From an uncultured bacterium (GTDB taxonomy: Bacteria; Omnitrophota; Omnitrophia; Omnitrophales; Aquincolibacteriaceae): DNA of 64,000 bases. Positions 51,312-60,784 of the stretch are shown piece after piece; positions within the stretch are counted from its first letter, which is position 1, and the number at the start of each line of letters is the position of its first letter. Where the stretch lies: NCBI GenBank assembly GCA_964434115.1, contig CAYSSX010000006.1, positions 140,106-204,105 of the forward strand. The letters are read 5' to 3'. Under the pieces are notes generated by a model. The model saw only the letters and a list, made by a program, of their open reading frames with translations. It was not told the DNA's origin and did no database searches. A program made the translations under genes and the position numbers.

Positions 51312-51353
51312 GCTATTCTGGTTTTTCCGGAGAAAAATAAAAAGCCGGGTCTT

Positions 51354-53192
51354 TTAAGCGGCCTTTTCATCCGCCAGGGGACTGAGCCAGAACTCGATAT
51401 GAAATTGGTTCCGGTTTTTTCGGATAATGCGTGTCGCGGCCGTGAGCGGGAGAGGGGCGCCGTTCCGGCACAGCATTTTGATTGTGAAAGATGCGGGGTT
51501 TCTTCCCAGAATAAGATTGCTGATTTCGGCAACCGTCTCCTGCAGGCACTCTTCGCTGATGAGATTTGCTTTTGCGATATGCCTGCCTTTAACCTCTTCG
51601 TTGGAAAACCCCAGCAGCCTTTCTGCGGAACGGTTCAAAAAAACCACGCACCCCTGATGATCCAGCGTTAGAACCGGTTCAAGAAGGTTGAAAACAAGAT
51701 CCCGGTAATGCTTTTCGCTCACTTCAAGATTCTTTCTCGCGATTTCGAGTTCCCGGATGTCCTTTGAGATGCCCAGGATTTGATCCGGAAAACCGTTTTT
51801 TCCGGGGACAAAAGAGACTTTTAGTTCAACAGGCAGGGGCAGGCCGTTTTTGCAGCGGTATTCCAGCTCGACCACTTTAGTCTCAAAAGCCTGCCCAATG
51901 GTTTTGGCTGCAAGCAGTTCACTGAAAAGTTTGAAGGCGGCAGCGTGTGAAGCCACTGTGAAAGTTTCGTCAAGCGACTGCTTAAGGGCTTCTTCCGGGG
52001 TAAAGCCGCGAAGATTTTCGACAGAAGGACTCATGTAGATGAATTGGAAATCCCGGTTCATGGTCCAGACAAGATCCGTGACGTTTTCCGCCAGCAGGCG
52101 GTAATGCATCTCGCTTTCCCGGGTTATTTTTTCTGATGCCTTTCGTGCCGTGACGTCCTTAAGGATGCAGACTACGGCAACATTATCTCCTGTTTTATTC
52201 TGGAGTACCGAAGTGGCTATTTCAACAAAGGTTTCAGCTCCGGATGCCGAGCGGAATGAAATCTCATAAGATTCCACGGACGCTACTTCGAGAAAACGTT
52301 TGACGTTTGATTCCTGAAAGAAAGGGATTCCGGTAGCACCGATAAGGGTTCCTTCCAAAGATGCGCCGTTTCTGGAAAAGAGTTCCTCCGCTTTTCTATT
52401 CGCGACTTTTACAACGTTTTCCCTGTCGATGACAAGCAGTCCGTCCGCCATGGTTTTGATGATTTGTTCAGCGGCATACGACGGTGTGATGTCAGTCAAG
52501 CGGTAACGCATGATGCCATAAGCCAGCAGCGATAAGCCGATGAAAAAAGGGAAGTAGCCGAACGGGTAGATTGAAAAGCCGTACATGGGGAGATAGTCGA
52601 CGGAAGCACAGTAGGCGATAAGAAATGCGCTTAGAAAAATCCGCATACGCTTACGCATCAAAGGGGAAGAAGTTTTTTGAGTTTTTCTGTGGAAAAGAAA
52701 AAGGCTTGTAAGGAGAACGATGAAAAAATAACCCAGAAAGAAAAGACTGAATAATTTATAACGGGGAAAGTAACCCCAGAAATAATGTGCGGGTTCAGCC
52801 ACGAAAAGAAATGTCATCCAGATGGAAAACAGAAAGGCGCTAGAGAGTGCCGCTGAAAGAACAACCCAAAGAAACTTCCGCCGGAGCTTTCCCACGGCCG
52901 AAAGTGCGAAAACCAAAACCATGGGCGGAATAGCGACTACGAAAGTAGCGTGAAGTTTACTCCAGATCTGGGCCGTGGCTCCGTTGGCCGACAATGTGAT
53001 TCCGAGGTAACAAAAGAGCCAGCTTGCGGCTGTCAAAATAAGGAGAAAAAATGATACGGTGTTCCAGCTTCGTTTTTCACGGACAGAGATCGCAACCGCT
53101 ATGGAGAGGCTGAGTAGGCCTGCGAGCAGGTAAGGCAGGGCGTACCAGTTTCCCGCGTAATTCGCGGCACTGAATAAAACCGAGGTGTTCAT
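51354..53192 (-). CDS. 7TM-receptor-type membrane sensor with three cytoplasmic PAS domains and no recognisable output domain
   Basis: The N-terminal ~250 aa contain 7 predicted TM helices (7TMR-DISM-like). Three PAS-like modules follow (IIKTMADGLLVID...; LLAENVTDLVWTMN...; DLVFNLLEPVLTLD...). No HisKA/HATPase, GGDEF or EAL domain is present. The start is the internal Met MNTSV. Confidence 0.75.
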   Translation of the reverse strand: MNTSVLFSAANYAGNWYALPYLLAGLLSLSIAVAISVREKRSWNTVSFFLLILTAASWLFCYLGITLSANGATAQIWSKLHATFVVAIPPMVLVFALSAVGKLRRKFLWVVLSAALSSAFLFSIWMTFLFVAEPAHYFWGYFPRYKLFSLFFLGYFFIVLLTSLFLFHRKTQKTSSPLMRKRMRIFLSAFLIAYCASVDYLPMYGFSIYPFGYFPFFIGLSLLAYGIMRYRLTDITPSYAAEQIIKTMADGLLVIDRENVVKVANRKAEELFSRNGASLEGTLIGATGIPFFQESNVKRFLEVASVESYEISFRSASGAETFVEIATSVLQNKTGDNVAVVCILKDVTARKASEKITRESEMHYRLLAENVTDLVWTMNRDFQFIYMSPSVENLRGFTPEEALKQSLDETFTVASHAAAFKLFSELLAAKTIGQAFETKVVELEYRCKNGLPLPVELKVSFVPGKNGFPDQILGISKDIRELEIARKNLEVSEKHYRDLVFNLLEPVLTLDHQGCVVFLNRSAERLLGFSNEEVKGRHIAKANLISEECLQETVAEISNLILGRNPASFTIKMLCRNGAPLPLTAATRIIRKNRNQFHIEFWLSPLADEKAA

Positions 53193-53420
53193 CCCGTGTT
53201 CCTTACAGGGTGAGAGGCCTGTTCCAGGCCAAAAGACTTCTTTTGGTGTTTTTAAAAAGATACCCGGCGCCAGGCGCATTTACAATGGCTTTCAAGCTTG
53301 ATCTTGTCTCCATGGGGCATGTTCCCTATACTCTCGTAAGTCGTGCGCAAATTTGAGGTTAGGGTTTCAAAGTTATCAGGGGTTTCCGGCGTCCGCGCAG
53401 GGCAATCACGGGAAAGGTGT

Positions 53421-54263
53421 ATGAAAATTCTTGTCACAGGCCTTAATGGCATCATCGGCTGGAATATTTTTAAAACCGCGGCAGGGCTTTTTCCGTTTAC
53501 TTCAGGAACCTACCGTGAGGCGCACACCGGGCTTAAAGGTCTTAACGTCAGGCGTCTTGAAACAGACAGACAAGAGGATCTTGAGAACCTCTTTCATGAG
53601 ATAAAGCCGGAAGTTTTGATTCACTCCTGGGCCATGTGCGACCTCGATCTTTGTGAAGAAATTCCAGCCATGGCGGAGAGAATTAATGTTCAAGGGACAC
53701 GGATGATTTTGGCAGCGGCTGCGGGAATGCCAAGTTTAAAGCGCTTTGTTTATATTTCAACAGACCATGTTTTTGATGGTGAAGCGGGCGGATACACGGA
53801 AGAAGACATTCCTGTTCCCAAGCATGTTTACGGACGAACGAAACTGGCCGCTGAAAAGCTGGTTCAGGACTCCGGTCTTCCATGGCAGATTTTAAGACCG
53901 GGGCTTGTGATCGGGGACAGCCTTCAAGGCCGGAAAGGTCCAAGGGATTTTTTGCTGACAAGAATCCGGGCAGGCAAGCCCACGCATTACTTCACGGATG
54001 AGTGGCGGACACCGATACCTGCCCAGGAAATGGCTGCCCGTGTTTTAGCCATAGCCTGTTCCGGGCAAAGCGGTGTTTTTCATATTGCGGGGGGAGAGGT
54101 CATCAGCCGGTATGTACTCGCTCAGAGAATTGCTTTGGAAAACGGATTTTCAACGGAAAATGTTTTCCCCCGGCTTCGCAGCGAAGACCGCTGGGCGGCG
54201 ATTCGGCCCAAAGACTTAAGCTTGAAAACACTCAGACCCAGCTTGAATGAAGGGAGCGTATGA
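53421..54263 (+). CDS. NAD(P)-dependent sugar-nucleotide reductase/epimerase of the RmlD substrate-binding family
   Basis: MKILVTGLNGIIG Rossmann motif, YG.TK catalytic dyad and RmlD-like length. Internal Met start with a GGAAAGG Shine-Dalgarno. Confidence 0.8.
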   Translation: MKILVTGLNGIIGWNIFKTAAGLFPFTSGTYREAHTGLKGLNVRRLETDRQEDLENLFHEIKPEVLIHSWAMCDLDLCEEIPAMAERINVQGTRMILAAAAGMPSLKRFVYISTDHVFDGEAGGYTEEDIPVPKHVYGRTKLAAEKLVQDSGLPWQILRPGLVIGDSLQGRKGPRDFLLTRIRAGKPTHYFTDEWRTPIPAQEMAARVLAIACSGQSGVFHIAGGEVISRYVLAQRIALENGFSTENVFPRLRSEDRWAAIRPKDLSLKTLRPSLNEGSV

Positions 54264-56113
54264 AAACGGAGAAGGTATTTGATACCGGGGCGGACAGACC
54301 GGATTACAGCCAGTGGAAGACGCTTAAAGTGCTGGGCACTTATCTTTGGCCTGCCGGCCGGAGGGATTTGAAACTGCGTGTTGTTTTAGCTGTTTTTTTT
54401 ATGCTCGCGGCCAAAGTGCTGGGAGTCTATGTTCCCTTTTTGCTTAAAAATACCCTTGACCGGTTATCGGTTCTAAACGCTGTGCTGGTTCTTCCCGCAG
54501 GGTTGATCCTCGCTTACGGGCTGGCCCGCATTATTGCCGCTGTTTTCGGCGAACTCAGGGACTATGTTTTTGTGAACGTTGCTCAGAGCGCGCAGCGTTT
54601 GATTGCCCTGATTACCTTCAGGCACCTGCATGCCCTTTCGCTGGACTTTCATCTCTCCCGCCAAACCGGCGGATTATCCCGTGTGATTGAACGGGGCACT
54701 CGAGGCATTCAAACGGTTCTCCGGTTTATGACCTTCAATATTGTCCCGACACTTTTTGAAATTGTCCTCGTAACGGGTGTGATCTTTTGGCATTTTGGGC
54801 CTGCTTATGCGGCGGTTATTCTGGCCACGATTGTTTTGTATATTGCGGCGACCCTTTCTGTAACAAACTGGAGAACGCAGTTCCGGAAGGAGATGAACCG
54901 AGAGGAAAATGATGCCAATAACCGTGCCGTCGACAGCCTTTTAAATTTTGAGACCGTAAAGTATTTTGGCAACGAAGACTACGAGTATCAGCGTTTTGAC
55001 CGGGCGCAGGCGCGTTATGAAACCGCCGCCATTAAAACGCAGGCCGCTCTTTCGGTGTTGAATATGGCGCAGGCGCTGATTATCGGGATCGGACTCATGG
55101 CTGTGATGTGGATGGCTGCAGGGGGCGTTGTTTCAGGACGCCAGACCGTAGGGGATTTCGTTTTAGTGAATACTTTTCTCATTCAGCTGTACCTGCCCCT
55201 GAACTTTCTTGGGTTTGTGTACCGTGAAATCAAGGACGGCTTGATCGATATGGACAAAATGTTTGAACTTCTCGACGTCCAGAGCAGTATTGCCGATGCG
55301 CCCGAAGCGCCGGAATTAAAATTGGAAAAAGGCGTGGTGGAATTCAAGCATGTGCATTTCGGGTATTTAGAAAGCCGTCCTATTTTGAAGGATGTCAGTT
55401 TTACCGTTCATCCTGGAAAAACGCTGGCGGTAGTGGGTTCCAGCGGGGCCGGAAAATCAACGCTCTCGCGTCTTTTGTTCCGCTTCTATGATGTGACTTC
55501 GGGGGAGATCCTGATCGACGGGCAGGACATCCGCCGGGTGACGCAAAAGTCTCTGCGTTCTCATATAGGGATCGTTCCGCAAGACACTGTTTTATTTAAT
55601 GACTCCATCGGTTATAACATCCGTTACGGGAGCCCGGACAAAGGAGCTGAAGACGTCCGGCAGGCCGCGCGCCTTGCCAGCATTCATGATTTTATCGAGA
55701 AACTTCCGATGGGGTATGAAACGCCGGTCGGCGAAAGAGGGTTGAAGATTTCCGGCGGCGAAAAGCAGCGTGTGGCAATTGCCCGCGTAATTTTGAAGAG
55801 CCCCCAGATTTTACTTTTTGACGAGGCAACATCTTCTTTGGATTCTCATACGGAAAAAGAAATCCAGGCTTCCTTGAAGGAAGTTGCCAGGAACCATACG
55901 ACCTTGATGATTGCCCATCGTCTCTCAACGGTGGTGGATGCGGACGAAATTATTGTCCTCAAAGAAGGGGTGATTGTTGAGCGGGGAACCCATCACGAGC
56001 TTTTGGAGTTCAAGGGAGAATACGCTTCGCTGTGGTTTAAACAACAGAAGGCCAAACAGTACCAGGCCCGTCTGGAAGAAGTTCGCGAGAGCAATGGATC
56101 GGAAGAAAAATAA
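54260..56113 (+). CDS. ABC transporter, fused permease-ATPase of the Atm1/HMT type
   Basis: A six-TM exporter domain plus an NBD with Walker A GSSGAGKST, signature LSGGEKQRVAIAR and Walker B ILLFDEATS. Confidence 0.9.
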   Translation: MKTEKVFDTGADRPDYSQWKTLKVLGTYLWPAGRRDLKLRVVLAVFFMLAAKVLGVYVPFLLKNTLDRLSVLNAVLVLPAGLILAYGLARIIAAVFGELRDYVFVNVAQSAQRLIALITFRHLHALSLDFHLSRQTGGLSRVIERGTRGIQTVLRFMTFNIVPTLFEIVLVTGVIFWHFGPAYAAVILATIVLYIAATLSVTNWRTQFRKEMNREENDANNRAVDSLLNFETVKYFGNEDYEYQRFDRAQARYETAAIKTQAALSVLNMAQALIIGIGLMAVMWMAAGGVVSGRQTVGDFVLVNTFLIQLYLPLNFLGFVYREIKDGLIDMDKMFELLDVQSSIADAPEAPELKLEKGVVEFKHVHFGYLESRPILKDVSFTVHPGKTLAVVGSSGAGKSTLSRLLFRFYDVTSGEILIDGQDIRRVTQKSLRSHIGIVPQDTVLFNDSIGYNIRYGSPDKGAEDVRQAARLASIHDFIEKLPMGYETPVGERGLKISGGEKQRVAIARVILKSPQILLFDEATSSLDSHTEKEIQASLKEVARNHTTLMIAHRLSTVVDADEIIVLKEGVIVERGTHHELLEFKGEYASLWFKQQKAKQYQARLEEVRESNGSEEK

Positions 56114-56123
56114 GGAGGGTCTC

Positions 56124-56351
56124 ATGAGGGCTGCCTTTCCCGGCATCAACAAGATGGTTTGTTTTGCTTTGGGAGTTATTTTGATATCCGGCTGCGCACC
56201 CGGCCAAAAAGTCCGGGGGCGTGAGGAGCTTGAGACCTGGCAGAATGATTCCACGTTTGACCCCGTGACATTAAAACGTTATCACAATGGACCTCCCTCA
56301 ACCATGCATGAAGCCATTTCCCACGAACCTGTGGATGCAGCCGTGGACTGA
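56124..56351 (+). CDS. small lipoprotein (75 aa)
   Basis: ATG at 56124 with an AAGGAGGG Shine-Dalgarno. Lipobox LISGC in MRAAFPGINKMVCFALGVILISGCAP. It lies inside the larger listed ORF 55974..56351. Confidence 0.5.
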   Translation: MRAAFPGINKMVCFALGVILISGCAPGQKVRGREELETWQNDSTFDPVTLKRYHNGPPSTMHEAISHEPVDAAVD

Positions 56352-56382
56352 ACCGTTTTAGTAAAAGGTTTTAGGATTACTC

Positions 56383-57024
56383 ATGACAAAGAAGCAGAAA
56401 GACCCCTTGGATGACAGGAAAAGATGTTCTTGGGCGCGTGATGCGCTGATGATCCGTTATCATGATGAAGAATGGGGCGTGCCCGTTTTATCCGACCGGA
56501 AACAGTTTGAATTCTTGATTTTGGAGAGCGCTCAAGCGGGTCTGAGCTGGGCCTGTGTTTTGAGAAAGCGGAAGAACTACCGGAAGGCTTTTGCCGGGTT
56601 TGATCCCCAAAAAGTGGCACGCTTTGGCGTGAAAGATGTGGAAAAGCTTATGAAAAACGAAGGGATTATTCGTAACCGCCTAAAAATCGAAGCCGCCATC
56701 ACCAATGCCCGGAGGTTTTTGGAAATTCAAAAGGAGTTCGGGAGTTTTTCCCGGTACGCGGCTGGATTTATAAACAAGAAACGCAAAGAGAATCGCTGGA
56801 AAGCAATCCAGGAACTTCCGGCCCAAACTCCCGAATCTCTTGCCCTCAGCAAAGACATGAAGAAACGCGGGTTTAAATTTTTAGGAGCAACGGTTCTCTA
56901 CTCGCATTTGCAGGCTGTCGGCGTAGTCAACGATCATTTGGTGAGCTGTTTCAGGTACCGGGAAGTCAAAAGTCTCAGCAGGAAAAAAGAAACGCCGCGG
57001 GAACCCCGCCGCAAGGGCCGTTAA
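56383..57024 (+). CDS. tag: DNA-3-methyladenine glycosylase I
   Basis: The Tag motif RCSWARDALMIRYHDEEWGVP is present, along with an HhH-GPD-like core and a Lys/Arg-rich tail. Confidence 0.9.
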   Translation: MTKKQKDPLDDRKRCSWARDALMIRYHDEEWGVPVLSDRKQFEFLILESAQAGLSWACVLRKRKNYRKAFAGFDPQKVARFGVKDVEKLMKNEGIIRNRLKIEAAITNARRFLEIQKEFGSFSRYAAGFINKKRKENRWKAIQELPAQTPESLALSKDMKKRGFKFLGATVLYSHLQAVGVVNDHLVSCFRYREVKSLSRKKETPREPRRKGR

Positions 57025-57063
57025 AATGATCTATCTGAACCCATAAACCTTTGAGGAGTTTCA

Positions 57064-57570
57064 ATGCCTGCCGAAGATCCGGAAAAACTGTATCAATTCA
57101 AGGTGAAAAAAATCAACGGAGAAGAAGTGCCTCTTGCCGATTTCAAAGGGAAGACCCTCTTGATTGTGAATACGGCATCAAAATGCGGCTTCACCCCGCA
57201 GTATGGTGATCTCGAGAGTCTTTATAAAACCTACAAAGAGAAGGGGCTCGTTGTCCTCGGATTTCCCGCCAACAATTTTGGGTGGCAGGAGCCGGGCTCC
57301 AACGAGGAGATTAAACAATTCTGTGATTTGCGTTTTAAAATTTCATTTCCGTTGTTCGAGAAAATTGACGTGAAAGGCAAAAACATTCACCCTCTTTACA
57401 AGTACTTGACGGAAGAGTCGCCTTTTAAAGGCGGCATTCAATGGAACTTCTGCAAATTTCTTGTCAATGGACGAGGCGAGGTGGTGGCTCGGTTTGGTTC
57501 CACGGTGAAACCCTCGGACAAGGCCTTCACCGATAAAGTTGAGGCGGCCCTTTCCGGAGCCGCGGCATAA
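57064..57570 (+). CDS. glutathione peroxidase (Cys type)
   Basis: NTASKCGFTPQY, LGFPANNFGWQEPG and WNFCKFLV motifs. Confidence 0.9.
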   Translation: MPAEDPEKLYQFKVKKINGEEVPLADFKGKTLLIVNTASKCGFTPQYGDLESLYKTYKEKGLVVLGFPANNFGWQEPGSNEEIKQFCDLRFKISFPLFEKIDVKGKNIHPLYKYLTEESPFKGGIQWNFCKFLVNGRGEVVARFGSTVKPSDKAFTDKVEAALSGAAA

Positions 57571-57640
57571 AAATCTGAATCCTTTCCCCGCCGTGGACAT
57601 CTAAACATTTGAGTCGGAAATTTTAATCCAGGGGACACTG

Positions 57641-59350
57641 ATGCTCATCCTTGTTGTTTTTGCTTTTGCTGCCGGTTTTGTCACGATCCTGTCGCCTTGT
57701 GTTTTGCCTGTTCTGCCGATCCTTCTTTCCGGATCCGTAGGGCCGGGGCGTGCAAGGCCTCTTGGGATCGTCGCCGGATTCATTGCGAGTTTCACTTTTT
57801 TTACCTTGGCTTTGTCAGCCTTGGTCCGTCTGACGGGTCTTTCGGCGGACGCTTTGCGGCTTTTTTCGATTCTGATGCTTGCCCTTCTCGGTCTTTTTCT
57901 TGTGGTGCCCGCGCTTCAACTGGGTTTTGAAGTTTTTACGGCGAAGCTTCTCCCTAACCGGAGAGGCGCTTCTGTAGGAAGCGGTTTTTTTCCCGGCCTC
58001 TTGACAGGTTTTAGCCTGGGACTTATCTGGACTCCTTGTGTAGGGCCGATTATGGCTGCTGTGATTGCCTTGGCGGCGTCAAGTGCGGTGACGCTTACCG
58101 CGGTATTCATTACAGGGGCTTACTCCTTGGGAACTGCGGTCCCGATGCTTCTTGTGATGTTTGGCGGACGCGGGTTACTCCATAAAACTCCTTGGCTGAA
58201 AACCCATACCGTAATCATTCAGAAAATCTTTGGCATCGTGATGATTGTCTTGGCCTTTTCCATTTATCAAGGTTATGACAGGACTTTTCAGACCTGGGTT
58301 TTATCACGGTTCCCTGAATACGGTGCCGGCCTCACTGCCATTGAGAAGAATGAACACGTTGACAAGGCGCTCGATTCCGTCGTGAGCCGGCCTGCGGCTG
58401 CTGAACCAGTCAAGGAGGAGGCATTAACGCAGGGTCCAGAAGCTCCTGAAATCATCCCCGGCGGGCAATGGTTTAATACGGCTCCGCTGAAAATGCAGGA
58501 TTTGCGCGGCAAGGTAGTCCTTATCGATTTTTGGACTTACACCTGTATCAACTGCATCCGCACGCTTCCTTACCTGAATGCCTGGCATGAAAGGTATTCC
58601 GGCAAAGGTCTTGTTATTATTGGCGTTCACACCCCGGAATTCGAATTTGAAAAGAATCCGGCCAATGTCGCAAAGGCCCTGGCTTCCCTTGGCGTGAAGT
58701 ACCCGGTGGTGCAGGATAATGATTACGCGACCTGGAATGCTTACAGTAACCGGTACTGGCCTGCTAAATATTTTATTGATAAGGAAGGCCGCGTTCGGGG
58801 TTCTCATTTCGGGGAAGGTGATTATGACGAGTCTGAGGCGATGATCCGGCAGCTTCTCGAAGAAACCGGAAGTTCCTTGGGAACCTATGAGAAATTGCCT
58901 GGCTATGCCTTGGAGGCGCAGTCGCCGGAAACCTACCTGGGTCTCAATCGGACGGCGGGCTTTGCTTCTCCCGAGCCGCTTCTTCCCGGGACGAGTCACT
59001 ACACCTTTCCCCAGACCCTTCCCTTGAATCACTATGCTTATCAAGGTTCCTGGACAGCAGCACAGGAGTTTTCCGCTCCCGGGCTAAAGGCTGAAATAAG
59101 TTTTCATTTTGCGGCCAAAGATGTGTTCCTTGTGATGCGTTCTCCAGGGGGTGTTTCGCCTGTGGAAGTGTATTTGGATGGACAGCCTGTTTTGCCGGCT
59201 CTCCAAGGGAAAGATGTTCAAAAGGGGATTGCTCTTGTTTCCGAAGACCGGCTTTACCATCTGGTTTCTTTGAAAGCCGTCAGTGACCATACGCTTACCT
59301 TGAAATTTCCACAGGGCGGCGCCTTGCTCTTTGCTTTTACCTTCGGTTAA
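57641..59350 (+). CDS. DipZ-like protein: CcdA/DsbD-type transmembrane thiol-disulfide transporter fused to a thioredoxin-like domain and a C-terminal extension
   Basis: N-terminal CcdA motifs (LSPCVLPVLP; TPCVGP), then a thioredoxin-like domain (DFWTYTCINCIR) and about 170 C-terminal residues, as in mycobacterial DipZ. Confidence 0.85.
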   Translation: MLILVVFAFAAGFVTILSPCVLPVLPILLSGSVGPGRARPLGIVAGFIASFTFFTLALSALVRLTGLSADALRLFSILMLALLGLFLVVPALQLGFEVFTAKLLPNRRGASVGSGFFPGLLTGFSLGLIWTPCVGPIMAAVIALAASSAVTLTAVFITGAYSLGTAVPMLLVMFGGRGLLHKTPWLKTHTVIIQKIFGIVMIVLAFSIYQGYDRTFQTWVLSRFPEYGAGLTAIEKNEHVDKALDSVVSRPAAAEPVKEEALTQGPEAPEIIPGGQWFNTAPLKMQDLRGKVVLIDFWTYTCINCIRTLPYLNAWHERYSGKGLVIIGVHTPEFEFEKNPANVAKALASLGVKYPVVQDNDYATWNAYSNRYWPAKYFIDKEGRVRGSHFGEGDYDESEAMIRQLLEETGSSLGTYEKLPGYALEAQSPETYLGLNRTAGFASPEPLLPGTSHYTFPQTLPLNHYAYQGSWTAAQEFSAPGLKAEISFHFAAKDVFLVMRSPGGVSPVEVYLDGQPVLPALQGKDVQKGIALVSEDRLYHLVSLKAVSDHTLTLKFPQGGALLFAFTFG

Positions 59351-59531
59351 AGAGCGGACTTTCGCTGGGATTGTTCTTTTCTTCCCGGAGGACTACAATG
59401 GAAGTCCTTCAAAGGCCCTTTCTGAAAAAAGTCTGGGGAGAAGAACCCGGTCAGTTCTGTTGGGCCTTCTTGGGGCAGGGCTGTGACTTCTTTTTTTCGA
59501 AGACCCTCTAAATTTTATTAAGGAAAACAGG

Positions 59532-60491
59532 ATGCTCTCAGAAATTGTTTTAGAAAAACAGGAGCCGGTTACAGAACCTGAGATCAAGGCCATTCAGCGC
59601 TTTCAGAGAGAAAATCCGGATCTTTTTAAAAAAGATGACGGGGAGCTTTTTAAACATCTGGGGCTTGTCGTGAGCCTGCTCGTTTTGTTTACAGGCATTT
59701 CCCTCACCAGCGAATTCCTTTGGCTCAAAGCTTTCTGTTCCGCAGCTCTTGGCGCTCTCTATTTTTCCCTCATCAACGTCACGATGCATCATCATCTGAC
59801 CCATCGCAACGCCGCGGCAGGCGCTTTTGCGAAACGTGTTCTTGACGTGATTTACAAAGCCGTGCTGCCTCAGTCCGGAAAACGAAAAGCTCGTTATGTG
59901 AAAGTTCATCTCAGCCACCATGCCGGTGTCTATGAACCCACGGATGTGGATCATCTTTATGGCGTTGAACGCTACCTGCGAATGAAAAAAAATATCTTCA
60001 CAAGGCTGATTTATTTTACTGAGCTTACCTTTGTGGGAGCTCACGTTCCGGGCTGGGAGGATGACCGGTATATGAATCAAACTTCCCGGGATCAATGGAA
60101 CATGAAAGACTACCGGGAAGTTAAAAAGAAAGAACGGGCGAAAGCCTGGCGCCTCAGCGCTTTGCAGTGGAGCGGGCTTGCCCTTGCCTTTTGGCTTGTT
60201 CCTTGGTTTGCCTGGGGGTGGGCTTTGCCGATGCTGCTCGTGAAAAATTGGGCTCATTTTCTTGGACAATTTCAACACTACGATGAAAGTCTGCTTGACC
60301 CTTCGGTTTCAGTCTGGAGAAGGACCAAGTCTTACGAAGTCCCTTCATGGGTGAATTACCTTCTGGCAGGGGAGATCCGGGGGCATTATCTCCACCATCT
60401 TTTTCCAACCTTGCCGTACTATCGGATGGAGGAGGCCTGCCGGCGGCTTCTCAAGGATCCTGAACTAACCCGTCTATTTGTCGTTCACTGA
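59532..60491 (+). CDS. membrane fatty-acid desaturase/hydroxylase family protein
   Basis: Three His boxes are present (HHHLTH; HLSHH; HYLHHLFP), interspersed with TM helices. Confidence 0.7.
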   Translation: MLSEIVLEKQEPVTEPEIKAIQRFQRENPDLFKKDDGELFKHLGLVVSLLVLFTGISLTSEFLWLKAFCSAALGALYFSLINVTMHHHLTHRNAAAGAFAKRVLDVIYKAVLPQSGKRKARYVKVHLSHHAGVYEPTDVDHLYGVERYLRMKKNIFTRLIYFTELTFVGAHVPGWEDDRYMNQTSRDQWNMKDYREVKKKERAKAWRLSALQWSGLALAFWLVPWFAWGWALPMLLVKNWAHFLGQFQHYDESLLDPSVSVWRRTKSYEVPSWVNYLLAGEIRGHYLHHLFPTLPYYRMEEACRRLLKDPELTRLFVVH

Positions 60492-60675
60492 ACCGTCAAC
60501 CTACAGGGAGGCTTTTATGTCTGGACAGTCGGATTGGATTACACTTAACCACACCCAGAAAGATATTCAAAAAGACCTGGTAAGACAACGGGGACTTCTT
60601 AACTGGATTCTTCTCATTGCGATTGCTGGATTGATCCTCACGATCATTAATTTCGTTATTCTTGCCAGTAAGTAG
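60478..60675 (+). CDS. hypothetical small protein with a C-terminal TM helix
   Basis: LLNWILLIAIAGLILTIINFVILASK hydrophobic tail. It overlaps the desaturase-family gene end. Coding status is uncertain. Confidence 0.3.
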   Translation: MSFTEPSTYREAFMSGQSDWITLNHTQKDIQKDLVRQRGLLNWILLIAIAGLILTIINFVILASK

Positions 60676-60697
60676 GATTCCCTAAAATTTAAAAAAC

Positions 60698-60751
60698 TTG
60701 ACGTGAATTCCTGGTGAAGGTACATTGCTCACAGTTAAGATTTAATCTTAA
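60698..60751 (+). promoter_or_regulatory. promoter (TTGACG-17-TACATT) followed by a perfect 8-1-8 palindrome TTAAGATT-T-AATCTTAA (candidate operator)
   Basis: TTGACG at 60698-60703, TACATT at 60721-60726, and the palindrome at 60735-60751. The GGGAGG Shine-Dalgarno and ATG at 60785 follow. Confidence 0.4.
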
Positions 60752-60784
60752 TAGGAAAATATCTTATTTGGGAGGTTTGGGTTT

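Noticed and set aside
55974-56123. N-terminal 50 codons of the listed ORF 55974..56351
   Set aside because: They overlap the 3' end of the ABC transporter gene in another frame. The strong Shine-Dalgarno plus lipoprotein signal begin at the internal ATG at 56124, so only 56124..56351 is called.
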